Made by a program: the position numbers and the translations under genes. Below the pieces are notes generated by a model. That model saw only the letters and a program-made list of their open reading frames with translations. It did no database searches and was not told where the DNA came from. Positions 41,008-54,154 of a DNA stretch of 64,000 bases are shown piece after piece. Origin of the DNA: Trichosphaerium sp. ATCC 40318 (Eukaryota > Protista > Tubulinea); NCBI GenBank assembly GCA_038496445.1, contig JALMLS010000635.1, positions 58,755 through 122,754 of the forward strand, written 5' to 3'. Numbering within the stretch: the first letter of the stretch is position 1; the number at the start of each line of letters is the position of its first letter.

Positions 41008-42189
41008 GAAAAAAAAAACAAAACTAGTAAAAACTGTTTGGGGTTTTCTACGAAAAAGCTTCTTGTGGTTTTTGGCAAAGCCTCAAAAACAACAATAATA
41101 CAACTGTAATTATAATAAAAAACACGTGCAAAACAAAACACGCCACGTGTCCCACAACCTCATTCTTTGATCTACAGTATGCCAAGCAATCACTTAATGA
41201 TTTGACGCTTGATTGCCTAGAAGGCAACAAACGAGATTGAGCTTAATGAATGTGTACTGAGTATGCTTGTCCAAGCTGTTTGGGTGTTGCTTTGGTGAGA
41301 GGGATAACATCTTCTTGTAGCTTCCTTTAAGATTGTTTCTGTTTGTGCTTTCCATCAAAAGCTACATTTACTACAAACACAAGTAAGAAACTATACTTTA
41401 AAAAGGAGTATGCAAAATCGACAATCACGTTTTTCAGTCATGGCTACTGAAATACTTCTATGCCTCATATTTGATAAAATAGAATCAAATACTTGGTGCT
41501 TGTTACAATATACTGAATGCTCATAGTGAATAGCAAAAAACTGAGATTATTTCATACCAGTTGTTGATGCGTGATAACCCATTAGTAGAGAAAGTAGAAA
41601 ACTTTGAGTTCATTTAACGATACTAGAAATGTGTTATCTGAAGCTTGATGCGCGTGCTACAACTGTCTACCTACTAACAAGATACTGCAGGCCTCTAGAC
41701 TTCGAGGTCTGAGAAAGGGAAAACGTATGACTTTTGACGTTTTCAAGTAAACAAAACTACCAAATGATAAAGTTGAAAAAGTCCTCACTATATTCCAATC
41801 CCTTGGCAGTTTGGTATTATGTCGTACAGTACATATATTACTATTAACGTAATCCAACAAAACCACGTGTTGTTCTACACTACTATTCACCGCACGTTGA
41901 GTTAAACACGTGTATATTGTTTGTAGTTTTGTAAAACGGGAGTCATAGTAATGTTTAAAGTAATGAACAATGAGTTCTAGATTATTTGAAGTTTTTTGGT
42001 AAACTAAGTTCAAATAACATAAGCTCACATGGGAGAATCCCTTTCGGCTAGTACGCTGTTTTAGGGCTTTCACCGCGAGCAAATTCGTATCTACTAGCGG
42101 TATTGGTATCTTGTACGTCATATTTCAGCGATATCAGTTTTTTTGTATTTGTGTTGTGAACACTTTATCAAAACCATTACCACACCATA

Positions 42190-44770
42190 ATGAGAAACGC
42201 ATATGCATGTATTTTTGTTGTAATATGTATTATAGTATCTATTGTAGCTCAGTCTCGAGCATCTCAGTTCATTGGTTTTAGCTCAGAAACTTCAAGAGAC
42301 GAAGATAAACTAGGACTTACTTTGTGGATGTCTGATGACGATCTCTTAACTTGTACGCACTATTGTACGCCCTAAGGCAAAATTATTGATACCTGTAAGA
42401 TACATCGGTAGGATACTTTCAGAATGAACCGAAGCTGGATTCATTTTCATGTACGGAACTAACATCTACTTCATTTCAACTTTCTTCCTTTTTTTTTTTG
42501 TTACAGTTCATAACTTCTTGTTTGTAGTTGCTTCTAAAGAATGCTCTTACTTTGTTGTTGTTGAAAAAGATTCTTTGGAAGTTTATGACATTAGTGGGAA
42601 CCAGCTATGTACCGCTCAATTACCGTATGAGTACTCTGTAGGAGCTTTTTCAAGCGATTATAATTTTGTTCTTCATTCCAACAAAATGAAACAACTTGAT
42701 CAGTACTCACTCGATTTAAATGGTGACTGCGTTTCAAAACGTGAACAGTCATGTTACATCAATATCATCGACTCTTTAATTGCCAGTACGTACAACTAAC
42801 AGCTTTTTTTTTTTTTCTCCCTCTAAAGTAGAATCACGTGATAAATTTTTTCTTCTTCGTTTCGTAATTTTTTTTGATAGTTGAAGTTGATGGAGTTTCA
42901 ACGTTTTTGTCAACCTACAAAAACAACAAAACCACAATAGCCTATTTTCCAACAGAATTGATATCATCTGGCGATGAATGCTACCTTGACACCAATACAA
43001 TCAAAACAATGACTTTGTTCGAACGATACATGAACGTACTAATAACAAAGGATGAGTCAGATCTATTGATAAAGAATAGTTCATCTCGTTCAGTGCATCT
43101 ATTACACAAATATTCAAGTAAGTGTTTTTTGACATTTAAAGGTATTGGAAAGTAAGCTAACATTGCCAAGGTAACGTACAGTTGCTTAGAGAAACCTTTT
43201 TAAGTGGAATCCACTCTTGCTCGGGAAACTTAGTAAAACGGCAAATACCAACAACGCCACCTCCGCCAACACCACCACCAACAACAGATCCTCCAACACC
43301 ACCACCATCAACACCTCCGCCAACACCACCGCCAACAACAGATCCTCCACCTCCGCCAACACCACCGCCAACACCAGATCCTCCACCTCCGCCAACACCA
43401 CCGCCAACACCAGATCCTCCACCTCCGCCAACACCACCACCAACAACAGATTCTCCAACACCACCACCATCAACACCTCCGCCAACAACAGATCCTCCAC
43501 CTCCGCCAACACCACCGCCAACAACAGATCCTCCACCTCCGCCAACACCACCGCCAACAACAGATCCTCCACCTCCGCCAACACCACCACCAACAACAGA
43601 TCCTCCACCTCCGCCAACACCACCGCCAACAACAGATCCTCCAACACCACCAGAACCAACAACACTTCCTCCAACCACACTACCTCCTCCATCAACAGAA
43701 CCAACAACACTACCTCCAACAACAGAGCCTCCAACGCCACCAGAACCAACAACACTTCCTCCAACAACACTACCTCCTCCAACAACAGAACCGCCAGCTA
43801 CTATACCACTTCGAATAACACCACGCTTTGATTGCATTTCAGACAACCTTGACGGAACCTTCACTGCACATTTAGGGTGGACAACAAATACTGTACAGCC
43901 ATTTTATTGAACTTAGTACTAACTTACCTTAGGCACCTGTAACTTTGATTCAAGGACCCACAAACTTGATGAGCCCAACCGGATTCACTACTGTTCCTGA
44001 AACGTTTGGTGCAACTCCTCCGTTTTACCCTGCACCTGGAGGGTTTGATTTTACATTTTCTGGTGAAAGCACGTTCTGGTCATTGGGAGCACGTGACAAA
44101 ATTAAATCAGCAGTTATATTTGCTAATACTTATGCTAGAATAGTACAGTTGTATTTGACGCATCCGACCCAGACTCATTATGTCCAGAATCAAGTACAAG
44201 CACACCAGGTATTTAGATGATATTAACATATTACTCTAGGCAGTGTAGCCATTGGTATTGATGCTCTATTTCCAGCATTAGATGAAATTGTACAAGCTGT
44301 TGCAGCAGCTATACTAGAAGCTCTGAATTTGTCCTTCGGAGATGTAGTGATTACCCAAGAGCCAGATACAAATTTAAAGAGGCAGCTAGGAACCAGAGTA
44401 GTCGTCACAGTAAACTCAAACGGTGGTATGCCAAAAAACGTTCAACTACTTTAATATATTAATATAAAACCTCGCTCCACTCTAACACTGCTTTAGGAGG
44501 AACAATGACCATACAAGAAATTGTGGGATCATTTGTAAGTGATGATGAAGCCAAAATGCAAGTCATTCAGAGTCTAGCTGAAGACAACATTGTTGTAACG
44601 GTACAGGGTTTTAACTATTCAAAAGAACAAAGTAGTTTTTAGCTAAACTATGTTATAGGCAGACCCAACAACTGTAGCTCCTCAACAAGTGATTGTGGAA
44701 CCTCCCGCTTACTTGAACGGAAGAAGTAGATGTATAAGAAGACTCAGTAGTACTGCTATGGTTCCGTAAT
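42190..44770 (+). CDS. Secreted protein with Pro/Thr-rich repeat linker and an extracellular beta-domain (3' end uncertain)
   Basis: Signal peptide MRNAYACIFVVICIIVSIVA; 200+ aa TPPPTTDPPPPP tract; domain FDCISDNLDGTFTAHLGW...PETF...FTFSGESTFWSLG. Confidence 0.7.
43250..43800 (+). repeat. Coding tandem repeat (36-bp unit encoding TPPPTTDPPPPP, plus PEPTTLPPTT variants)
   Basis: Repeated acaacagatcctccacctccgccaacaccaccgcca. This explains the spurious ORFs in the other frames. Confidence 0.95.
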
Positions 44771-45166
44771 GCCGGCGGACACCGCGATAGTAATATGTAG
44801 AAAATTTAACCTCTATGCAATAAATGTGTTCACCACCAATATTTGGCTAAGCGCCATCTCCACTGTGTTGATGTTATTATTAAACTTAAAATCCAGATTT
44901 GGTAATATTTAGTTACTTGGGTTTGTTATAGAATATCCCTTAATGTGTAGTTATTCAACGGCGTTCAGAGTACTCTGCTTTGCTTATCGTTCAGTACATA
45001 GTGATACAACCTTACATAATAGACGGCAAATAATAGTATAAAACTCAACAATGGAGAGTAAAGGGCACTTGCTTAATAATAAAATGTATCGTTTTTGTTG
45101 AATTCTATTTTTAGCAACCAATTATTTCTAGTCAACAATTTATTACGTAACGGGGAAGCACCTTGG

Positions 45167-45921
45167 ATGACTGAATATAAGATAGTTGTTATTGGCGATG
45201 GTGGTGTAGGTAAATCAGCACTTACGATACAACTTTGTCAAAACCACTTTATTGATGAATACGACCCTACTATGGAAGATTCGTAAGCGTTTTAATCAAT
45301 TAAAAACACTATTACGCAGTTTACTTAACTCTTTGTTCAACGCGTTATAACCCTTATGTAGGTATCGCAAACGATGTATTGTAGATGAAGAGACCCTTTT
45401 CTTGGATATTCTTGATACAGCGGGAAAAGAGTACTCTTCATTGCGTGATCAAGTAAGGCTTTGTCTGCTGTCGTGCATAACTAACTTATTTGTTAATGTA
45501 CAGTACATGAGAGCAAGTGATGGGTACTTCCTTGTTTACGCTATTACAAGCCGTACATCTTTTGAGGAACTACCAGCTTTCTGTGACCAAGTTAGAAGGT
45601 AACAGTTGATATGTTGACAATCCAATTTTCGCATTATTTTATCAAAATGGTTTGTTGATTCATTTTAGGGTCAAGGATCTAGATTATGTCCCTTCAGTAA
45701 TAGTTGGAAATAAAGTTGATTTAGAAGAACAGAGACAAGTTACTAAAGAAGAAGGAGAAGAGATTGGAAAGCATTACAGCATTCCTTTTTTTGAGACATC
45801 AGCTAAAACACGTGAAAATGTTGAAGAAGCTTTTTATCAACTTGTACGAGAGATAAGGAAGGACCAAGATTTAGGTTTACCAAAACCTATTAAACAAAAG
45901 AGACGTTGCGCTATGATGTAA
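45167..45921 (+). CDS. ras: Ras GTPase paralog 1 (switch II DTAGK-EY; CaaX CAMM)
   Basis: [47 protein letters not shown]; three introns. Confidence 0.93.
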
Positions 45922-46390
45922 GAACAACCAGATAGAGGGTTAAGTAGCTCTTCAGGAAGGCGGCCAAAGAGTCATAATTTTTCATAGCAATATCCAAATG
46001 TACAACATACAAATAGTTGAACATGGTACAATCAATACTTTACTTAAAGAGCTATTACAACAAAACTATACCACTGCAAGTAGTGTTTTTAAAATTAAAA
46101 GAATTGATAACATAGACATTTGTGGAATGTTAAAAACAAACATCTTAAGAAGTGATAAGGAATGGAATTAAAAGTTTGAATGCTAAAAATAAACACCTGG
46201 TTAGTGCGCTTTGTGTAACTGTTTTTATGTAACACCAATACTCAATTATTGTACAACTTGTAAAACACCTCAAATACCTTTATGTTCATGGCAGTGACAG
46301 AAACCTGTTGAAACCCTGTTGATGTCAGACAATAAACACCGAAAAACTAAAAACCTTTTCTGAGTACATACATAGGAAACTGTACTATTT

Positions 46391-46520
46391 AATCAACAGC
46401 ACAAGATAACCAATACCAGCAAAACCCAAATTAGCCACTACCCTTGATTTAGTCTAATCAATCAACAGCGTACTTGATAACCAAGACCAGCGAAGTGCAA
46501 GCGAGCCACTACCCCTGAGT
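46391..46520. repeat. Two-copy ~70-bp imperfect direct repeat
   Basis: aatcaacagc...gataaccaa(t/g)accagc...agccactaccc(t/c)tga occurs twice. Confidence 0.7.
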
Positions 46521-46988
46521 TATCTAGCCACAACCTTGCTCTGGTAGCAAGGTTTGATATTTAATAAACCACACGTTTTCTTCGGTTGGGAAGTGTACTA
46601 AGGTGCTTTAACTGTTAAATTACTGCCCTTAAGTATAACATTGTAGTCATTGCGTAATTGCCTCTTGCTGTAGTTACACCTCTAGGTTTTTCGGTTGTTG
46701 ACTTTGTACATTAAGTCACCAATCACCGTAAACCTGGTTTGTAGCCATAATAACAGATAAGGGTGTTTCAGATTTGGCTGGTGTACACAATTGACCTTTC
46801 AGAATGTGGGTGTATCACTGGAGAATGTATGAAGAGGCCAGATAGAGTGGATTCTTCATCATCCTGACATTTCTAATAAAATGTATCGTGTTTGTTGAAT
46901 TCTATTTTTATCAACCAATTATTTCTAGTGTAGTTAAGTAAGTACAACAATAACAGCAGTTCGTAGCGTAACGGGGGAAGCACCTTGG

Positions 46989-47750
46989 ATGATTGAATAT
47001 AAGATAGTTGTTATTGGCGATGGTGGTGTCGGTAAATCTGCACTTTCAATCCAACTTTGTCAAAACCACTTTACTGATGAATACGACCCTACCGTGGAAG
47101 ATTCGTAAGCATTTTTAATCAATTAAAAACACTTTTACGCATTTTACTTTACTCTTTGTTCAAACGCCTTATAACGCTTATGTAGGTATCGTAAACAATG
47201 TATTGTAGATGATGAGACCCTTCTATTGGATATTCTTGATACAGCAGAAAGAGAAGAGTACGTAATGAGCAATCAAGTAAGCACTCTGTCAGCTGCCATG
47301 TGTAACTAACTTATTCGTTACCGCACAGTACGTGAGAACAGGTGATGGATACTTACTTGTTTACGCTATTACAAGCCGCACATCTTTTGAGGAACTACCA
47401 GCTTTTTGTGACCAAGTTAGAAGGTACGGAACACTTGACAACTTGATAATCTAAGTTTCACATTATTTTATCAAAATGGTTTGTTGATTCATTTTAGGGT
47501 CAAGGATCTAGATTATGTTCCTTCAGTAATAGTTGGGAATAAAGTTGATTTAGAAGAACAGAGACAAGTTACTAAAGAAGAAGGAGAAGAGCTTGGAAAG
47601 CATCACGGATTTCCTTTTTTTGAGACATCAGCTAAAACACGTGAAAATGTCGAGGAAGCGTTTTATCAACTTGTACGAGAGATAAGGAAGGACCGAGATT
47701 CAGGTTTACCAAAACCTTTTAAACAAAAGGCACTTTGCACTATGATGTAA
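46989..47750 (+). CDS. ras: Ras GTPase paralog 2 (DTAEREEY; CaaX CTMM)
   Basis: [38 protein letters not shown]; same three intron positions, frame intact. Confidence 0.9.
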
Positions 47751-47851
47751 GAACAATCTTGGTAGAGGGTTAAGTAGCCCTTCAGGAAGATGGACAAAGA
47801 GCCACAATTTTTCAAAGCAATATCCAAATCATCAAACAACAACAACATACA

Positions 47852-48074
47852 ATGCAAATCTTTGTAAAGACTCTCACAGGCAAGACAATCACTCTAGAGG
47901 TTGAGCAATCTGATACCATCGACAACATTAAATAAAAGATTCAAGATAAAGAAGGTATTCCTCCAGATCAACAACGGCTTATCTTCGTTGGTAAACAACT
48001 AGAAGATGGTTGCACATTCAATATCCAAAAGGACCACTCTGCATCTAGTCCTTCGGCTTTGTGGAGGTTGTTAA
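47852..48074 (+). pseudogene. Ubiquitin pseudogene (intronless)
   Basis: [52 protein letters not shown], then deletions/frameshift, ending [11 protein letters not shown]. Confidence 0.93.
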
Positions 48075-48495
48075 TATAGCCACTAGTAGGCTCCTTTGTA
48101 AATAAAAACAGTTTGTACAGCCTATGAATTGCCGTTTAATGTAAGGTATGTTTGTTATCACAACATTTTATCGGTCACCATGTGGTACGTACATCTATAC
48201 GCACGAAGCATGAGATACAACTAAATGACGCCCTTGAACGACTTCTTTGTACGTACGTAGTAAACGTCTGTTCGTAACTAGCATGCAGTAATTGAGCTTC
48301 ACAGAGATGTTACAAAGCTTTATATTATAATATACGTCATCCATTTCAGCAACAATTTGACAATTTATTGTACTGTGAAGACCAACATCCAAACAGTTTT
48401 TTTTGTTGAATTCTATTTTTATCATCAACCAATTCTAATGTGGTCAAGTGGTACAACAATAACAGCAATTTATAACGTAACGGGGGGTCAATTTA

Positions 48496-49266
48496 ATGTC
48501 TGTATACAAGATACTAGTTCTTGGAAGCATTGGTGTTGGGAAATCAGCTCTCACAATACAATTCATAAGCGGCAACTTTGTTGATGACTATGACCCTACC
48601 CTAGAAGATTCGTAAGCGTTTTAATCAATTAAAAACACTTTTTACGTACTTTTACGCTTTTCTTGTCTTTTTTGTTAAAAACGCGTCATAACGCTTATGT
48701 AGGTATCGCAAACGATGCAGTGTAGACGATGAGACTCTTGTATTGGATATTCTTGATACAGCAGGCGGAGATGACTTCTCTGCATTGCGCGATCAAGTAA
48801 GCACTCTGTCAGCTGCCATAACTTATTCGTTAACGTACAGTTCATGAGAACAGGTGAAGGATTTTTACTTGTTTATGCTATTACAAGCCGCACATCTTTT
48901 GAGGAACTACCAGCTTTCTATGACCAAGTTAGAAGGTACGGAACACTTGACAACTTGATAATCCAATTTTCACATTATTTTATCAAAAATGGTTTGTTGA
49001 TTCATTTTAGGATGAAGGATCTAGATTATGTTCCTTCAGTAATAGTTGGGAATAAAGTCGATTTAGAAGAACAGAGACAAGTTACTAAAGAAGAAGGAGA
49101 AGAGCTTGGAAAGCAGTATTACTCCATACCTTTTTATGAGACATCAGCTAAAACACGTGAAAATGTTGAAGAAGCTTTTTATCAACTTGTACGAGAGATA
49201 AGGAAGAATCGAGATCCAGTTACATCTAAACCTATTAAACAAAAGAGACGTTGCACTATGATGTAA
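48496..49266 (+). CDS. ras: Ras GTPase paralog 3, divergent (P-loop [16 protein letters not shown]; CaaX CTMM)
   Basis: [39 protein letters not shown]; same introns. Confidence 0.9.
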
Positions 49267-49795
49267 AAAAACCACTTGCTAGAGGGCTAAGAAAGTTGTT
49301 GGAATGTAACAAAAGACACAAGAAATAGTTTCCAAAACACTCCATAATCTGTCATAAGTGAGCGATTGGTTGTAAGAAGAAAACTTCAAAAGTTCCAAAT
49401 TAGTCAACTTGCACACTTTTCAACTGTTTGCTGGCAGGCAAAATTGGTGATGAATAGTGAACGAATTTTTTTACTTCATGAATACTGGCTGTTTGACAAC
49501 AATAATTAATTGTTTTATCACTGACGGTTGGAACTACAAAGCTGAATTTGAGCTTGATAGATCAGTTATGAAGATTTGTAAATTTGTACTCTGTCTACCT
49601 AGTACTGTGATTGATGGTCCAAAGTTTGATTACCCAATTTCATTTGGTTGACAGATAGAGTAGATTCTTCGTCATCTACACTGACATTTCTAATAATAAA
49701 ATGCATTGAATTCTATTTTTATCAACCAATTATTTCTAATGCAGTTAGGTACAACAATAACAGCAGTTTGTAACATAACGGGGGAAGCACCTTGG

Positions 49796-50560
49796 ATGGC
49801 TGAATATAAGATAGTTGTTATTGGCGATGGTGGTGTCGGTAAATCAGCACTTACGATACAACTTTGTCAAAACCACTTCTTTGATGAATACGACCCTACC
49901 ATAGAAGATTCGTAAGCGTTTTTAATCAATTAAAAACACTTTTACGCATTTTACTTTACTCTTTATTCAAACGCGTTATAACGCTTATGTAGGTATCGTA
50001 AACAATGCATTGTAGATGATGAGACGCTTATCTTGGATATTCTTGATACAGCAGGCAGAGAAGAGTACTCTGCAATGCGTGATCAAGTAAGCACTTTGTT
50101 TGCTGCCGTGCATAACTAACTTATTCGTTAACGTACAGTACATAAGAACAGGTGAAGGATTTTTACTTGTTTACGCTATTACAAGCCGTACATCTTTTGA
50201 GGAACTACCAGCTTTCTATGACCAAGTTAGAAGGTACGGAACACTTGGCAAGTTGACAATCCAATTTTCCCATTATTTTATCAAAATGGTTTGTTGATTC
50301 ATTTTAGGATGAAGGATCTAGATTATATCCCTTCAGTAATAGTTGGGAATAAAGTCGATTTAGAAGAAGAGAGACAAGTTACTAAAGAAGAAGGAGAAGA
50401 GCTTGGAAAGCATTACAGCATTCCTTTTTTTGAGACATCAGCTAAAACACGTGAAAATGTTGAAGAAGCTTTTTATCAACTTGTACGAGAGATAAGGAAG
50501 GACCGAGATTCAAGTTTACCAAAACCTTTTAAACGAAAGAGACGTTGCGCTATGATGTAA
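49796..50560 (+). CDS. ras: Ras GTPase paralog 4 (DTAGREEY; CaaX CAMM)
   Basis: [39 protein letters not shown]. Confidence 0.93.
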
Positions 50561-51000
50561 AACAACCTTGGTAGAGGGTTAAGTAGCCCTTCCGGAAGAT
50601 GGACAAAGAGTCACCATTTTTCAAAGCAATATCCAAATGTACAATAAACAAATACTTGTATTTCGGTCTCGTAGTTAATAGGTGCACTTCTTCATGGACT
50701 TGTATTTGTGACACTTTCTTTTACATATATAGAAACTTGTATATGTGCATAGGAGCCTATGTATAAGCGCCCTCACAATCTCCTTGAAAACAGCAAAATA
50801 TTAGGATCTTAAGAACAAGGACCCTACTTAGTATGAAAGATACTGTTTTGTCAAAAAGATATTGCCTAGCCACTGGCGCCATTAATAGCTTATGGCTTGT
50901 GGTTTCATATTATGATCTGGTTAAGTTGTTGTTGATGAAGATATTACCTTGACAGTGAAAAGTATGCTTGAAGAAGGAGTATTTATTGAGTAAAGTCGTA

Positions 51001-53080
51001 TTACAAGACAAGAGCAATGAGAGAAATAACAACTCCCAACACAACTGTTTTAATACAAGCCACTGATGGTTCATTTGTCTGAGCTTGAGTAGGTTCTATA
51101 GGTGCAATAGGTTCCTGAGGCGCAATAGGTACTTGCGGTGCAATTGGTGAAGCAGGAGCTTCTGGGAAACATCCAACAGGTTCGCCGCCTATGATTTCCC
51201 AACTAAAAACAGCGTTTTCAATGGCTTCGCTAACATTTGCAGCTGTAACAATCATCGTATATTGTTGCCCTTGAACAAGAAACGCAGCTATTGGTATATC
51301 TTCACCAGCTTTTACAAATGAACCAGACGAACAATCAGGTGGGACAACGCTAAACAAATAAACAGTCAACGTCACTGTGAGTGCTTAAGCCAAACATACT
51401 CAGGTGCAATAGACTCGTTGAAAAGAGTTACAACTGGTTTACTGAAACCAATGGTACAATTTTGAAGGGGGTTTAAATCTCCAGAGGCTGAGAATATGTA
51501 ATAACCAGTAGTAGATACATCGATTGGCTAGTGAAATACATGAGTTTAAACAACGGCTAAACCGCCAAAAAATAATTAGAGTTCTCACTTACCACTGCGT
51601 TCCAGCTGCTCTTGGGTCCATCATTATTGCACTCGGTAGTTATTATGCTTCTGTTGTTAGTTTTAACTCTAGAATATTTCTAATGTAAAGAACAATAAGC
51701 TAAGGAGGGAGAAATAGCACTCTAAATTCTATCTCGAATGTTGTCTTCTTTCTTATTTTTTTCGTGGACGTACTTCAAAACCAAGTTTTGGGCCCATACA
51801 AGGTAAACAGACACAAGTAGCTATTGGGGTATATTCTTGTATTGAAACGCCAGCGAGAACTACATTCAAATAACAGTGAGAAACAAAGCAAACAAAACAG
51901 CTGAACATACATTCCTTGAATTCTATACTTGGCAAACCGAACCTCGATATACTAAAAACCCTTCCAAAAACAAATGTGTACTCAACACCAGCTTTTAAGA
52001 GCCATACAACATCACCAAGATTAGTGTTTATATCCATAGTTTGAGTTCCACAGTTGTCTCTAAATGACAAGCATGGTCCAGTGTAGTTCGATAAAACTCT
52101 TACTCCCACGTTGGCAACATCTCCAAGGGACAGTGTGTAGAATCTGGCACTAGCGAAAGATTAGTGTATAGAACCTAAATATAGATTCAACGTACGTATT
52201 ATTCTTAGCTACCATTCCAGAAAACTTGATTGTGTAGTTCACAGTTTTAGAAGGTGTAAATTTAAATGTAGTTGAAGGAATTGACTCTAAAGATATCCTG
52301 AATTCACGGGCAGTACTGTTTGTATTCAATTCAATCAGTGTTTGGTATTCGGGTTGTTCAGTCAACTCAACAACAAACACTCCGTCAAAATAAGGTTTGA
52401 ATGAAACTGGTTCATTATCATCAATACTTAGGTCGTACGTTACAATACCAACGACTTCACCAGCTGGAAGCCATATTGCGTTATTTGTGGTAGCAGCTAA
52501 CAGTAGTGTGAGATGTTGACTAACGTCTTGAGAACAAAACAGTACCCGGATTTTTAGTGGAATTGCCAGCACTATTCCCAGAGAAAATGGCCCATAATAG
52601 GTTGTCACAAGGATTAGCACAGTCAAAACTGTTAGAGTATAAACCGATATTGATGTATGGAATGAGATTAACTGAGGTGTGCGCTGTAGAATAAAATAAG
52701 AACAAATTTAGGTTTGTATGAACTACGTACCTTGCATGTAGTAAAAACCTGCTTTTGGGAGTGACATATTAAACGATACCCAACGCGCTGTCTTGGACCC
52801 ACTAAATAGTATTTACGAGAGGCACGTGATGATTGGGGAAAACTAAAAAGATTGTACATACGCTGAACATTTGGGTATGTCATATATGCTTTCAAATTGG
52901 TACTGGGGAGGTGTACTGCAAGTCCCTGCTGAATCTTTTCTAAAAGAAACTGGGTTTAGTTTTCTATCTCAACCTAGCTATTGAGCTTTACCCGCAAGAC
53001 ACGTCAGATAGTTGGCCTGTAAAACGCATGGTAGCAGACCATGCTAGGACTATGAATAGACAAAGGAAGAAGAGATGCAT
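51001..53080 (-). CDS. Putative GPI-anchored/surface protein, multi-exon
   Basis: Signal peptide MHLFFLCLFIVLAWSA; Cys-containing beta-rich ectodomain; PIAPQ linker repeats; terminal hydrophobic stretch VVLGVVISLIALVL*. Confidence 0.7.
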
Positions 53081-54154
53081 TATCAAGGTGAGATAACAGT
53101 TTTTGAACACAATTTCCCGGTTATTTGCGGGGCTGTTGGGGATAACACCCGTCTTTGTGTACAAAAAGATCAACAGTATCATTACTACATAAAAATCACT
53201 TCTTTGGTCTAGACAAGGATCACGTGGCATAGGGAATTGTTGGGAAAAAGTTGGTTAAGATTTTTGGGAGCAAGTTTGCTACGCTTGTTGTTCTTAACCT
53301 GTTGCGCTAGCAACTGAATGGGAATACCCTCAAATCTTGTAATGGGTAAACCCAAATAACACAAGGGTGGTCATCTTTCTTAGAGTACGAGTTTCTCCGA
53401 CTAACTTCCTAAGCGAATATGGGTTCGTCAAAATAGAAAACCGATTGCTAACACGATTAAAAAGTTCAAAACAAGTCTCTTCTCAAAACCGTATCATTTG
53501 TCCATCATTAGACAATAACCTGCCATTTCGGGTGAGGTGTTTTACAAGTATTCCAACTGAGCGTTCCGTAGTCGTTTTGGTGCAGTAACTGCATCATTGA
53601 TACAGCACTGTACTTTTTTGGAGAATCCCGTGTCACGTGATTTCACATGCTGTATGTGCCATAGTTGGCTTTAACAGTAACACGTGGGTGAATCTCAAAG
53701 GACTTAGATCAGCTATCTGGCGAAAAAGCACGCTTTACCTAAACGGATTAAACGTTGGTAACTATCGCGCACGATAACACGCTCGGTTGTGATTGTACCA
53801 TTGGTATCGTCTCGTGTAACTTTTAAAGAAAGCGAGCACGCAATACTTGCAACAATGTCCAAAAACCATGTAAAACATTGTAAAAGTCGCTGTGGTGGCT
53901 ACAACCGTCACCGATAATTTGTTGCTTGCAAACTCCACTTCATAAATTGTTCAAACAACACTCAGACGCTATAGGGGCTCTATACACGCGCATGAACGGC
54001 ATAACACGTTTTACAATGTTTAATGATCGCTAACGCGTATTCTTTAGTTCGCGTTACTTCTCAAACGCTTGTGCGAGGCCAGGCAAATTAACGTAAACCT
54101 AGATTAAGCCTACTTCAGCGTCAAGTTATTTTTTAGTTGAACGAATAACTCAGT

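Noticed and set aside
41170-42121. 154-aa minus-strand ORF and neighbouring short ORFs
   Set aside because: No domain, no convincing splice structure, composition like intergenic DNA.
43157-43864. Long Gly/Val-rich, Leu/Val-rich and Asn/Thr-rich ORFs in alternative frames
   Set aside because: Shadows of the Pro/Thr coding repeat; only the Pro frame splices into the flanking exons.
45190-45215. GDGGVGKS read as an oncogenic G12D
   Set aside because: The Asp aligns to position 11; G12 and G13 are intact in Ras1, 2, 4 and 5.
48195-48428. 77-aa minus ORF between the ubiquitin pseudogene and Ras3
   Set aside because: Overlaps the conserved Ras upstream sequence and shows no recognisable motif.
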